Made by a program: the position numbers and the translations under genes. From Aplysia californica (lineage: Eukaryota), in the NCBI RefSeq assembly GCF_000002075.1, contig NW_004797443.1:500718-564717 (forward strand): DNA of 64,000 nucleotides, read 5' to 3'. The notes under the pieces are model-generated. The model made no database searches. It was given only the letters and a program-made list of their open reading frames with translations, and was not told the DNA's origin. Positions 1 through 11,901 of the stretch are shown in pieces; within the stretch, counting starts at the first letter, position 1; every line of letters starts with the position of its first letter.

Positions 1-509
1 ATACACGTTTTGCAACTTTTCTTGCAACTTTTGTTGATTTTTCTTGCAACTTTTGCTATTTTCAAATGCAACTTTCTCTGAGGACAGTAGTACAAAAGTA
101 CTGTGGACTCAATTTTTTTTCTATTCTCACCATTTAATATGAAGGGTTGCTTTTTTTCACTTCTTGAAAAATGTTCAAGAAACCGGTTACATCGTCAGAA
201 CATAAGACTGACCAATATATACACACAAGTCTAGAAGAGGAAAAAGTCTCTTATACTTGTCAAAGGCGTCTTCTTTTGGGATACAAAATAGTTTATTTTC
301 CATTGAAAGCATCCTTAGTCAAAGCCACTTCCAACATTTTTGGGGCTTTTTCTGTTCCTGCTAAGGTTGCATTCATGCTTTTCCTACAGCAGAGTTGACA
401 CGACAGCCAAAAGACAAGTAGAAGGTTAAAGTTCGAGTCTGCCTATGGCAGAGTGTATTCTTTTGCCTGCTGAAAGAGGGCTCAAAAGTCTACCTCTTAG
501 AAATGAAGT

Positions 510-637
510 GTTCTAACGACCACCTGTCCAAGACATTCAACTGAACAAAAAACCACTTTGCACTTTCCCAATGCATTCACTTAAAACAACCACTTTTCTC
601 CTCGGCAATGAATGGCTATCTAGGAGAATTTCAACTG
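510..637. mobile_element. Partial copy of the TA-flanked CAGTCGAA-type MITE at 4166-4344
   Basis: Shares ttctaacg.ccacctgtc, acaaccacttttctcctc..aatga and the ...aatttc.actg TA end with 4166-4344. Confidence 0.6.
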
Positions 638-700
638 TAACTGTTTCATTTAGAAAAGCTCACTATATAAACAATTTACATTTCATTCCCACGTTTTTAC

Positions 701-1401
701 CCTCTTCGCTGCCTCGCCTGTAGAATTTACTGGCCTGAACCGTGTAGCGCTGTGCCAGTGGCCCGTAGAATTTACGGGACAGTGACAATGGTTGTTTTTA
801 CACCAATTATAAGGGAAGTTACTGCTAAAATCTTGTGATTATTATTGGGGTACCTTCCTTTTATGTTTACCTCCATTTTCCTCCCATTTGAAAGCACCGA
901 ATTCAGATTTTAGCTCGAAGAGAAGATTAGATCTAGATCTAGATCTAACATATCTAGATCTACCACACAAAAATGATATACAGGCAGTAAACACAGATGG
1001 GCTTACATGTATGAATATATATGGATTGTACGAGTGTTGTATAAGGTAGAAAAAGCCTCTTGTCACTTCTTCTTTACCTGCACACACTCACACAACATGT
1101 ATTCCCTTTTTTTGGTCTCAGTTTATCATTACTCGAATGTGTGTTTATGTTGCTAGGTGAAGTTGTTTTCGGCATCATGTTACTAACTCCAACTTTCCTC
1201 CATCTATCTCTCAATGAAATTCCCCTAAAATTATATAAATAGAAATGTGGTTCAATGTAAAATGTACATGCAGAAATTCAAGAGGAAGTATTTATTTTAA
1301 AAAACAGTTATGCGATGTAGAGTGGGGTCACCACTGAGCAGCCTTGGTTCATGGGATTTTCCCTGGCTCAGGAGCCTAGTTTACCTGCGGCATTGAAGGG
1401 G
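701..1401. mobile_element. Non-autonomous TTAA-type (piggyBac-like) DNA element
   Basis: Imperfect 13-bp TIR: CCTCTTCGCTGCC at 701 versus GGCATTGAAGGGG ending at 1401 (10/13 match). Flanked by TTAC (697-700) and TTAA (1402-1405). No credible ORF. Confidence 0.5.
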
Positions 1402-2149
1402 TTAATTAATTATAACAACATAGATATAAATAAAACTTGCAGTAAAGTAAGATTTGCGATCAGGATAATAAAAGTGACACTAAAACTAAAAGTGTGCCTA
1501 AAGTCACCCTGTCTTTTAAATCATAGTCTTTTCCTTTCTTACTTACCTAAAGATTTCTTTATGTATGTGTAATTTCCTGTGTCAGTCTAGCATTAACTTT
1601 TTCTTGATTATGAATCCTTCTTTTTTAAAAATTTTTTTTATTTCTCTATATATTACTACCAGTATTTATGCATTGAATCTAAATTTGGTGGTGTGTAAAT
1701 ACTACTGTAATAAAATTTAGTTAACATGTTTCATGGCTTTTTGTTGATATTATCTTTTTTTTTAATCTCTGAAAAACACAATCAATCTTTAAACATGAGC
1801 AGAAGCAAAGGACAGCATCTTATGCAAAAGTGAGTTTAAAAAGTTATTGAAGCATATTTATTGTCCTCAGTATACACAGATGAAAAAACCTGGTTTGGAT
1901 TCCAGGAGCACAGATCATTATGCGGAAACAAAAAACTGACAACATGCACTAACTCACTGTACTGTCATACATCCACCAGGGGAAAGAAAAGACAAAACGG
2001 GATGTACTGACTAAGCACACGGTTTTATATTCCAGTTTTAAAAGCTGTCCTGAGGGATGGTTAGGTTTGCGTCGAGGAATGTTTGCACCTTGTATGAAGC
2101 AGGAAAGAGTTCTCAAGTAGTACAAGAGATGAAGAGAAACAGGCTGCAC

Positions 2150-2330
2150 ATACTAGGAGTCAGCGAAACACACTAGATACAGTCTGGAAGAATCACAGAA
2201 ATCGATGTACAGAAAAGTGGGAAGACATGGAATAACATCAAGAGGCTAGCCCATGATAGAGAAAGGTGGAAGGTGTTTGTCCATGGCCTATACCCTGGTG
2301 CAGGGTGAGAAAGGCAATGATGATGATGAG
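2150..2330 (+). mobile_element. 3' fragment of an RTE-clade LINE
   Basis: Translates to GKTWNNIKRLAHDRERWKVFVHGLYPGAG*, matching the W...A.DR..W...V C-terminus typical of RTE ORFs, followed by a (TGA)n tail. Confidence 0.7.
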
Positions 2331-2403
2331 GGATGGTTAGGCCAATATACAACAATGCAACATGACCTTCACTTCCTAACCAACAGAAGGGCAGAAAACT
2401 CAC

Positions 2404-2855
2404 CAATGATGCAACAGACAACCTTGTGCCAGGTCGTTCAAGTCGGATAAACTCAATATCATTTTCTTGAAGGAGATCAGGGTCTACAGATTTCGCATCT
2501 GAAAAGAGAAGTGAAAAAACACATACATTAGCAAATGCAGAAGTCTATTGTTCACTTGTTTTAGTACAGAGAAGCATATCAACATAATAACAGACATGTA
2601 GTGCTCGGAAAAATATTGATGCAAAACAGACAGATCACAGGAACAACACAGGGAAAGAAATGAAATAGGACCAACCAGTTGTGCCCTTCAAAAACCTACC
2701 ATGTGTGCCTTGCACACAAATTATGGACCAATAAATTTATATTAAGAAGCACATATAATATTTTAAAGGCTTACAAATTTCTGGAGGCATCATGCTATTC
2801 CACCAGCCTCCCAACGCACTTTTTCAAAATTCAATATGGGAGGGAGGGAGGGAGG

Positions 2856-2913
<58 letters not shown>

Positions 2914-5900
2914 TCTATGCATTCATGCCCATAATATATTCACTCACCAAAGACGTACAGATACATACATATCAACACAGAAACATATACATACACACAC
3001 ACACACTTTTAAACTTAAACACACATGCTTACAGGCACACACACACAAAAATATATCATGTGAAGCGTGCTGACAAAATGAGTTACTTCTCGGATTCAAG
3101 CCCTACGGAAATAAAAAGATCACGCACATAGGTAAAGTTTTTACAATTTATAAGTATGAAATAATAAAAAGGGATGCAATACTTAAAGAATATATGGCAA
3201 CAATAGAAAATCTACAAATTTGACTCTAGTGTCGTTTTTGGTCAAAATCTCCATTTGTGGATTGTGAGAAGTAACTCAAGTAACTCTCTCCCTTTCTCTC
3301 TCTTTCACACACATCCTCATGAATGAACAAACACACACACACACACACAAACAGACACACATGCACACACACACATGTACACCCACACACAGCAGACCCA
3401 TGCTCAAACGTCCACACATGCTCACACATACACAAGACAAGCCCACTCACCAAAGACAAAAATGAGCACTGTGTTCACAAGCTTGAGGTTTTGCAGACTG
3501 AGTCGACTCAGCACCTCACATGTCCGGCTGGATATGGCGTCAGCATTCTTGCTGGACACATCGACATGCATCAAACGATCCGACCCTTGGAAGTAGTCCA
3601 ACAGGGACCGGACACTGTTTTCAAACATCGACTGCCTCCTCTGGAGATGACAAAAGAAAAATAAATACAGTCAAAATCATTAAAGCTATTACTTATAGTG
3701 ACACTGCCATGTATTCCATGAGATAGAAGGCAAACTGTTATGCTATATACAACAATGGCAACTTTTATCACACTTTTGCAGAAGGTAACATAAGGCAATT
3801 TTAGTATAGAGCTACCTTAATTTCATAAGCCAAAGAACATACTGATAAGGAATGAGAAAAAGCTTTTCTAAACTTGATAAATGTCCATTGAATGGTATGC
3901 AACAGCAGAAAAGTTAGCAGTCAGCATCACCTTCGTCCTGGACAGGTCAACCTCATCTGACTGGAAGCCTGCTTTGTCCTCCTCCGTCTCCTCTTTCACT
4001 TCCTCTTCCACCTTCTTCTGTGTCTTACTCTTGGAGCCCATGTTCAGTGAGAAGTAAACAGCAAAGGAAATCGGGTACTGAGGACGTAAATTCAGTCAGC
4101 TGAGGGGTTTTGTTTTACAGATTAAAGATCTCTTCCATCTAGACACTGTCAAACACACACACAGACAGTCGAACCAGTTCTAACGGCCACCTGTCTGAGA
4201 CAATCACCTGTACAAACGACCATTTCCCACTTCCCTTCTAGCATTTTTTCTACCTTATAATGACACTGTCCCAAGACATCCACCTGTCTTACACAACCAC
4301 TTTTCTCCTCAATAATGAGTAGCCATCTCAGACAATTTCGACTGTACATACAATACATGCACACACATGTACGCACAAGCACACAGGGTTGGTGATTTTT
4401 TTGATTTTTTGGATAAAAATTTAAAAAATCGATTTTTAAAATTTAAATCAGATTTTTAAAAATTTAAATCGGATTTTTTAAATTTTTTTAATTTTTTAAA
4501 AAATGACACAGTTTGGGATTTTTGGTGGCTAAAAGTATGTTCTTTTAGTGCAAAATGCATTGTCTTTATTTTAAATAATGATTAATTTAAACAACTGCAA
4601 TTTTAGAAAGCCTTAATCTGCTATCAAAGAATTATGGCTACAGACAAAAAATGAAGAAAATGTCAGTCTAAAAGGAAGGGGGGGGGGGGGTAATTATGCA
4701 TAGATAAACTTGCATTTTATTTTTATTACAGTGTGTGTGTGAGCACGCGCTTGTGTTTGTCTAAAAAGAAAAAGAAAATGCTAATTTCAATTATGAAAAA
4801 AAAGTAAATTGAATACTGTATTATTTTACTACTTACAGTGACAGGGGGGGAAAGCAGACTTTTAAGCAATTTTAGTCTACTAAACCTTATATCTGTTTTA
4901 TAAAACCCAGGAAAGGAATTCTGAATGTTTAAAGATGTAAAAACAGAAGAAAAAAATTTTTAAGTGATTTAAATCACCGAGTTTTATTTTTTAAATCAAG
5001 TTGATTTAAAGTACAAAAAATCAACTGATTTAAATCAACCCAACCCTGGTTTTCAATTATGAAAAAAAAGTACATTGAGAACTGTATTATTTTACAGTGA
5101 CAGGGGGGAAAGCAGACTTTTAAGCATGATTATATTAAAATTAGTCTACTAAACCTTATATCCGTTTAAAATAAAACCAAGGAAAGGAATTCTGAAAGTA
5201 TAAATATGTAAAAACTGAATACATTTTTTTGAAAAGTGATTTAAATCACTGATTTTTATTTTTAAAATCAAACTGATTAAAAAAATTTTTAAATCAACAA
5301 CCCAGCTCTGGTTTCAATTATGGAAAAAAAAGTAAATTGAATACTGTATTATTTCACAGTGAAAGGGGGGAAATCAGACTTTTAAGCATGATTATATTAG
5401 TCTACTGAACATTATATCTGTTTTATGAAACCAAGGAAAGGAATTCTGAATGTTGAAATGTGCAAAAACCGAATAAAAATTATTTTTTTAAAAAGTGATT
5501 TAAATCACTGATTTTTATTTTAAAAATCAAGTTGATTTAAATAAAAAAAATCAACTGATTTAAATCAACCTGATTTAAATCAACCCAACCCTGCAAGCAC
5601 ACACATATGTACACACAAGGGATTGTGCATTAGACTGTAATTCACAGCAAGTTATTATGAAGAGCTACATCTTGAGTCTCTTCAGAGGTAAGAAAACAAC
5701 TGAATGTAAAAGAAATTAGAAAGCCATGGCCCACCTTCTGCTCAAACTGCTCCATGCTGCTGCTGCAGTCTTGCGAGAAGGTGGCGGTGCGGATAAGGTA
5801 CTTGAGGTTGGGCATCATGTCCACTAGGTAGCGCCCCTGTGGGTTCCTGTCCACCTGGGCCGTCACTTCATGAAGGATCCACGACAAGGAAATGGAGGTC

Positions 5901-8900
5901 GGGTCATCCTAAGCAAGATAATAACAATGTCGAACATATTTTATGGTATTATAATTTAACCATGCAACTGGTCTCTTGAAAGTTTTACTACAAGTACAAG
6001 CCAAAAAAACCCCCCTTCAGAATTAAATGATGAGAAAAGAAACAAAAGTTAGCCTACAACACTTTAAAGTGTTTATCTGTTTGTATATTTTCATTAGGGG
6101 TGTATAGATTGTTCCGGCAATGGTTCTAGAAATAATCAAGAACACTATAGGTATATATATTACTCTATATTAGAGTTGGGGCCAGCGGACGGACGGGTTT
6201 GTTACTTGCCGACTCAGTCAGAGCGAGCGGGTAACGGACTCCGTGCGAACGGACTGCGGACCTCAACACAGTTCGTTTTTTGGGTCCGCTCCACAATTTT
6301 ACTCTCTCAGCGAGCGGACTGCGGACCTTAAGCCTCAAGTCAGTTCGTTTTTTGGGTCTGCTTCACAATTTTATTCCCTGAGCGGGTGGGCAAACGGACA
6401 AACTCTAGCAGACAGCATACTCATCGCGAGGTTAGGCCCATCGTCTATTGTTTGTCAATTAGGCCTAATGTTCCAAGCTACTAACGGTGCCACAGGGAGT
6501 GAGAGAGGCTGGTAACGTAGTGCTATGTGTGTAACCTTTCACCTTGTGTGTGGGTCACACTGCGTACATTCCAATTATCGCAAAGGTCGGGGGGGGGGGG
6601 GGGTAGAGAAATTTCCGCCATGAACGCGTAGTCACAATGTGGGGAAGGAGGGGGATTTTTCAATTAATTTTCTTTGTTGTTTGGGGGGGGGGGGGGGGGG
6701 TTGTAAAATGTATGCAATGGAAGGAGTCCCTCCCCGTCCGTTCATCCGCCCGCTCGAATGCATGGAGTCTCTCCGTCCGCCCTTCCGCTCGCTCGCTAGA
6801 CGAACTGTTGTCTCTGTCCGATGTGTAGCAAGTAGCAAACTACTCTTCACAAGCGGACGGCTCGTTACCCGTCCACTCATTTGCGGGTAGTGCCAGTGAG
6901 CAGTTCGTTACTCGCGGATGCTAATTTTGTGAGCCCGACCCAACTCTACTCTATACCATAATGAGGTCTATTTGGTTGTTTAATTTGCAATCTGGCATGT
7001 TGATCAGTGGCAGGGGGTTAGGCCTAGCCTATTGTCCTATTGTATAGTTTGGCTGAAAGTGTGAGAGTGAGTTTACTCAGTGTGAGTCTCAGTTCAGTTG
7101 TATTGTTTGGTGCAAGTGTATAAAAGCAGTCTGGATTACTACAGGTGAGACTTTAGAGGGGAGAGCTGTAGCAAGGCAGAGGAGGCCTGCTGAGAGTTCT
7201 GGTGGAGAAAAGGCCAGTAAGAGCCTCGGTTTATTTCTGCGTTGCGTGTGACATTCCAACGAATTGGGGCCCCATCGCTGAGGAAAGGATCACCATCCGG
7301 AGAGAAACAAGTTTGGCTAACCCCTGTTGTAGGCGAAGGCAGACAGAAGGTTAGTCTTAAACATTGTTTTATGTTCAAGCAAAATCTAGCACACACACCT
7401 GTTAACATACTTGAAGAATTAGATTAGAATTGAATTGAGCTTAGCTGAGATAAGATTAATTGCGAGTTAGCACGGTAATGTCCAACATACCTCCAACATT
7501 TTCTTCAGCTCCTGAACAGACTCCTTTCTGTCATGATTTTCGTCCTTCTCCTCAATACTGTAGGCCTCCCCAGCCACCTTTTGCAGCATGATCTTTTCCA
7601 CATTAACAAATGTAAAATCAAAAACCTCCACCAGCTCAGAGACTAGACGACCCTTCTTTGAGCCAGGCCCACCTGAGGGGGGAGGAGGAGACAACATTTC
7701 CAATCAATCAATCTAAGAAAATTCTTTAAAAAATACTACTTACTAGTTTCTCTAACTTGAACTGAGAATTCAAATTACAATGAACTCTTTCCTGTACACA
7801 ACCTTTTCTAAGGAAAACAAACTGCTTTTTAAGGCAGTCAGGAAAATGGTGACACTTAAGAATAAATGCACTTTAAAATATTCTTATTTTACTATTTAAC
7901 TTCACGCCAGGCGCGGTTCGTCCATAGACCACGGTCGTGCAGTGCAGCCCAAAAATTTTTTATGTTCTATTGCGTAAAACACCCACAATAATAAAATAAA
8001 AGAAGCCAGAAACAAACACAAGCCAAATATTATATATCAAAACAAAGGTCCTTACTGGCGCCATAATTGTCATTTCTATGTCTATAGCGCCGTAAAACAT
8101 CTACTATGCCATGCCAAAGTCCACGCGCTTTAGCTAAACAGAAAAAGATATTCAACATTGTAACCTGACCTATAAATCGCTCTTGGGGATAACCCAAGCG
8201 ATGACAACACTCGTAGCGAGTTTGGCGGTACATTAATTATATTAATAAGCCGGCACATCGCAAATGTGCTCCTGCCGAATAGTGCCGAAACATAGCCCAC
8301 AGTAGGCAGTCTAAAAATAAACACAATAGACCCTTCGCGCTTCTTTGCCAGTATTATGTGAGCCCCGGAGCAATCCAGCGGAGTGCTCAAGTGAACTGTG
8401 ATTGGTTCATTCTTTGTCTTGCCACTATTTTAAGTGACTCTGTAGCCGTGAACCTGAGGGAGGTGAACGTGACCGTCATATGAGTTGTGCCTTTGAATGG
8501 TTTTGTAGGGGAGCAGTGAACGTTATTACTGCATGTACTTGAGTGTTCAGTTCCAATACAGGAAGAACACATTGATGTTTAGCTAACAAACAAATTCAGT
8601 ACTAGAAATCAAAACGACTAGTAAAAAGAATGAAAATAAAACCACGAGGCCCTCCCTCACCAACCCAAAGATCCTAAAATTATACACCGTCTCATTTATT
8701 TAAATGACCTTGGCCTTGACTATCTTCAGTATGCCATAGCTTCATTATTATTGTGCACGCCCACTTTTTAGCCCCATGAGCCGCCCCTGCTTCACGCCTA
8801 AATACACACATTTTTCTGAATAAGTATATATATGCGATCAAATCAATTACATTTGGGGAGGAGGGGTGGTGTCCCCCCAAAGGATGGGTAAGTAAGTGCA

Positions 8901-9309
8901 CACGGAGTCAAGTAAATGCTGTTGGTCTGTATAGTACTTCAGTTTACACTCTGGTTTCTTTTCTTGTGCTGTCAAATATATATATATATATATATATAAA
9001 ATCTGATATAGCCTCTATGCAACTCTCATTCGAATTAAAAAAACAAACATTTTAAGAAATTGTATTGTCTTGATCATTAAAAAAGCAGTTGCTAAAAACA
9101 GCTTGGTTCACACTTAATACAACATTGAACTTGACCTGACCTGACGTGTGATACAAACACTCACCATATACAAAAATAATTGTTGGTCCAGAGTCCAAGA
9201 CACGGACTTTTCTGCCCATCTCCACCAGTACCTCCTCCTTGGTGATCTTTCTGTACACAGCTCCATTTACGTCCGGCTTGTTGATCTTGCTGTAGCCACC
9301 ACATCCCAT
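2404..9309 (-). CDS. Adenylate-kinase-like protein (probable pseudokinase) with N-terminal MGC lipidation motif; 3' end not resolved
   Basis: Six in-phase GT-AG coding exons: 9309-9165, 7672-7491, 5908-5735, 4077-3931, 3640-3451, 2498-2404 (311 codons). Splicing joins IIFVY|GGPGSKKG (AK P-loop IIFVxGGPGSGKG). RYLVDMMPN corresponds to AK FLIDGYPR; RTKRRQSMFENSVRSLLDYF..LMHVDVS corresponds to the AK C-terminal helices and strand. A non-coding first exon probably ends at the donor at 10309. Confidence 0.8.
2838..2909. repeat. (GGGA)n/(GA)n microsatellite
   Basis: Directly visible. Confidence 0.95.
3057..3278 (+). mobile_element. Copy of the ~236-bp AWWT-TSD MITE family also at 36207-36442
   Basis: tgtgaagcgtgctgacaaaatgagttacttct...gagaagtaactc aligns along its length with the reverse complement of 36230-36445. 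Confidence 0.7.
4166..4344. mobile_element. Tc1/mariner(pogo)-like MITE
   Basis: Termini CAGTCGAA...TTCGACTG followed by TA; internal repeated ccacctg motifs; second partial copy at 510-637. Confidence 0.7.
4384..5593. mobile_element. Non-autonomous hAT element with triplicated right end
   Basis: TIR CAGGGTTGG...CCAACCCTG; perfect 8-bp TSD CAAGCACA (4376-4383 and 5594-5601); subterminal GATTTAAATC repeats; three ~260-280-bp tandem units (4785-5048, 5051-5310, 5312-5593). Confidence 0.9.
6171..6948. mobile_element. Non-autonomous hAT element (778 bp)
   Basis: 10-bp TIR TAGAGTTGGG...CCCAACTCTA; 8-bp TSD CTCTATAT/CTCTATAC (7/8); GC-rich subterminal GCGGAC/GTCCGC repeats. Confidence 0.85.
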
Positions 9310-9688
9310 TATCAATGAAGTCGCATTTCAGCTCAGACCATATTTGTGTTTTGCACTGGAGTTTGAAAAAAATAATGGGATAAAAAGACAGCTGTCTTCT
9401 TGTTGGTCTATATATTTTTTAAATGCCAGTCCATTGACTTGAACCCCCCCCCTCCCCAATTCAGTCCCACCCTTCTCTGCTGTAATCCCCCTCAATCTTG
9501 CTTCTCTGCACTTCGGATCACTACTAAATTCTAAATTAATTTTGTGACCACTGCGCAAAGTAGACCCCTATTCCACATCATATAAATAATCTGCTAGAGG
9601 TAAGATTTGGGGGTTTCACTGGGGCCAACATTGAGAAGTGAGAAGTCATGTTTAGTTTCAATTTAGGCTACCGGTTGAGCTGCATTAA

Positions 9689-9866
9689 CCCTATCCGTAC
9701 GCCCTGGGGTTATTTTGTACCCCCGGGGTTGTATTCTTCACATTTTAGAATGCTTCTAATATCTATATTTAGATCTAGTAAGTACGAAGATCTCTCTGAA
9801 ACTGAGTATTTCTCAAAAAATCATTTTGACAGACTGCTGCACTCTATGCAAAGCGTACGGATCATA
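9689..9866 (+). mobile_element. ~180-bp TTAA-flanked MITE, copy 1
   Basis: TTAA-CCCTATCCGTACGC...GCGTACGGATCATA-TTAA; homologous copy at 10985-11152. Confidence 0.75.
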
Positions 9867-10309
9867 TTAAACGAGTAAATTTCCTCTTTGGATAGTGGTG
9901 GCACAGTTCCCCACGTTGTATAGATACGATAATAAAACACGAATTACGAAGAGATCTAGGGTTAAAAGTTTTATTCTTCTTTTATTATATTTTTATCTCT
10001 CTTGTTTTATCAGAGGCTGCCTGTGGCTGTGGACTCAATTTTCTTTCTTTCACAAGAACGTAGCTTAGAATTCAGTGTGTGGGCTTAATGGACAACGAGC
10101 CAAATAGCAAAGATGATAGCATAATAAATTAACATTGTATAAAGAGGATTAACGTGCTATAGATCTAGAATCTAGTAAGGGGGGGGGGGGCACCCCACCT
10201 CGACAAACACTCATTTTTTAAACTGCTTGAAGAGCAGAGCAGCGAGACTCAACGCAGAAGACGACAGTGACAGTCGAAAATGCGTAAGAGGATAAAAACT
10301 CCAATTTAC

Positions 10310-10649
10310 CGTTTCTCGTCACTGTTTAGAACGCCTGTGGAAAATCATAAAAGTTCATGTGCACAAGAACGGAAGGCTGAAGATCTGCATATTAAATGAT
10401 AATCCTTTGCTTATTTCGATTTTTCACTGAAAAATAAATAATTTCTGTTGTCATAGATTCATCCGACTGTCGAAGGGTAGTAACTCTGTCAATCAAAAAC
10501 GAAAACTTCCGGTATCACGTGAACTCGACTGCTGCAAAATAAATTTTGTCTTGTTAGGCTAGTTTCTTCTGTTCCTCCTGGTAGAGGACAGCGATATTTG
10601 TCTTTCATTTGTACTTTCTTTGGTTGCAGAAACGAAGCTTTTCCTGGAG
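10310..10649. promoter_or_regulatory. Bidirectional promoter plus both non-coding first exons (AK-like gene and ATP6V1C)
   Basis: Divergent splice donors: minus-strand G|GTAAAT at 10309 and plus-strand GAG|GTAGGT at 10650. Between them are an ETS motif ACTTCCGG (10505-10512) and an E-box TCACGTGA (10515-10522). Locally CpG-richer than the flanks. Confidence 0.65.
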
Positions 10650-10984
10650 GTAGGTTGAATTAAGCTTTAGTGATTGAAACGTTGATGAGTTTATGCCTCT
10701 TTTCTTACTGTAGTAGTCAGTGTGTCTGTTAGTGTCAGTATGATGGTGTCTTCACACTTCACTTTTTAACAACTATGGCCTAGACAATACAAGCCTACTG
10801 ATAGCCTAATCGTGTACTTTGAAGTTGAGAACTTGAAATGCTCACTGGCGTTTATAATGCTGTTTTCGGGAAGCCATGGATCTGAATCTGGATGTCGTTC
10901 TATTTCGATCTAGAATCTAGGCCTAGATCTACATCCAGCAACAGACAGAACAGGACTGCTCTGGAGACCCTGTGCCTGTGTGTA

Positions 10985-11152
10985 CCCTGTTCATACGCCC
11001 TGGGGTCATTTTGTACCCTTCTGGGGTTGTAGGCAGGCCTATTCTTCACATTTTAGAATACTTCTAGTGCGAAGGTGTCTTTGAAACTTTCAGTATTTCT
11101 CTAAAAATCCTTTTAACAGACTGCTATGCGCTTGCAAAGCGTACGGATGGGA
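10985..11152 (+). mobile_element. ~170-bp TTAA-type MITE, copy 2
   Basis: Colinear with 9689-9866 (tacgccctgggg..attttgtaccc..attcttcacattttagaat..gcaaagcgtacggat..ttaa). Confidence 0.75.
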
Positions 11153-11409
11153 TTAACGAGTGAAGTCCATGTGCTCTGCACTACTGCTATTATTGCCATT
11201 GCTCCTTTTTGTTTAGGCTAGAGGAAGTGTGTGTTTTATGAATCAGACGTGTGTAAACTGGCTCCAGGCAAGAAAGTCGTTTATTAATCTTGCTTCATTA
11301 TAAGATCTAGATCTAGTTCAAGTTATGAGATGTGACTGATTGAGGTGTGTTGACTTTCTCCCAGCAAATCACATGATCCAGAGACCAAAGAGCTTGTTAT
11401 AGGTTCAGA

Positions 11410-11561
11410 AGGACTTGCGTAACGAGCGACCACCCCAGCAAACACAATATAAACGAACCCTAACCCTGGCCCAACCTCTACCCCTACCCCAAATCCTAAC
11501 CCTAACCCTAACCCTCTGTTCTACTTTGTTCGCCATAGTGGTCGCTCGTTACGGAATTCCT
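11410..11561. repeat. Small fold-back element with an interstitial (CCCTAA)n telomeric-type core
   Basis: Perfect 16-bp inverted repeat CGTAACGAGCGACCAC (11418-11433) / GTGGTCGCTCGTTACG (11538-11553) enclosing degenerate and perfect AACCCT repeats (11456-11514). Confidence 0.8.
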
Positions 11562-11901
11562 CCCTTAAGTTCAGAGTAAGTCTTCCTTGTCTTGTGCTTA
11601 GCTCTGACTCTCACTGAGTTTTAGCTATTCACTCTTTTTAAAAAATGAATACATAATGATCCTCCTAACATCTTTCTCTGCCCTTTTGACTTCAGGTCAG
11701 CAGTTAGAAGACAATGAATATGATATGTGTATATTTGAAAACATTTCCTTGACTTTTCTAGTCAGTCTAGGAACAGTGACTAGACTAGCTCTTTTATTTG
11801 TTTGTCATTGGGGGTGTTTTTAGCCTCGTTACTAAACCAGTGTTTTTAATTATAATTAATCGGAGTGCTTATTGGCCCACAGGGGCATATAAAATTGGCC
11901 A

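Noticed and set aside
171-2060. Candidate downstream exons of the AK-like gene (acceptors near 2060, 1225 and 384)
   Set aside because: Phases or stops are ambiguous, no recognisable motif, and the 1224-1078 candidate lies inside a TTAA-type element. The true 3' exons may be outside the window.
2679-3664. Plus-strand ORFs with ERER/THTH runs
   Set aside because: Translations of GA/CA microsatellites and of the antisense strand of a real exon.
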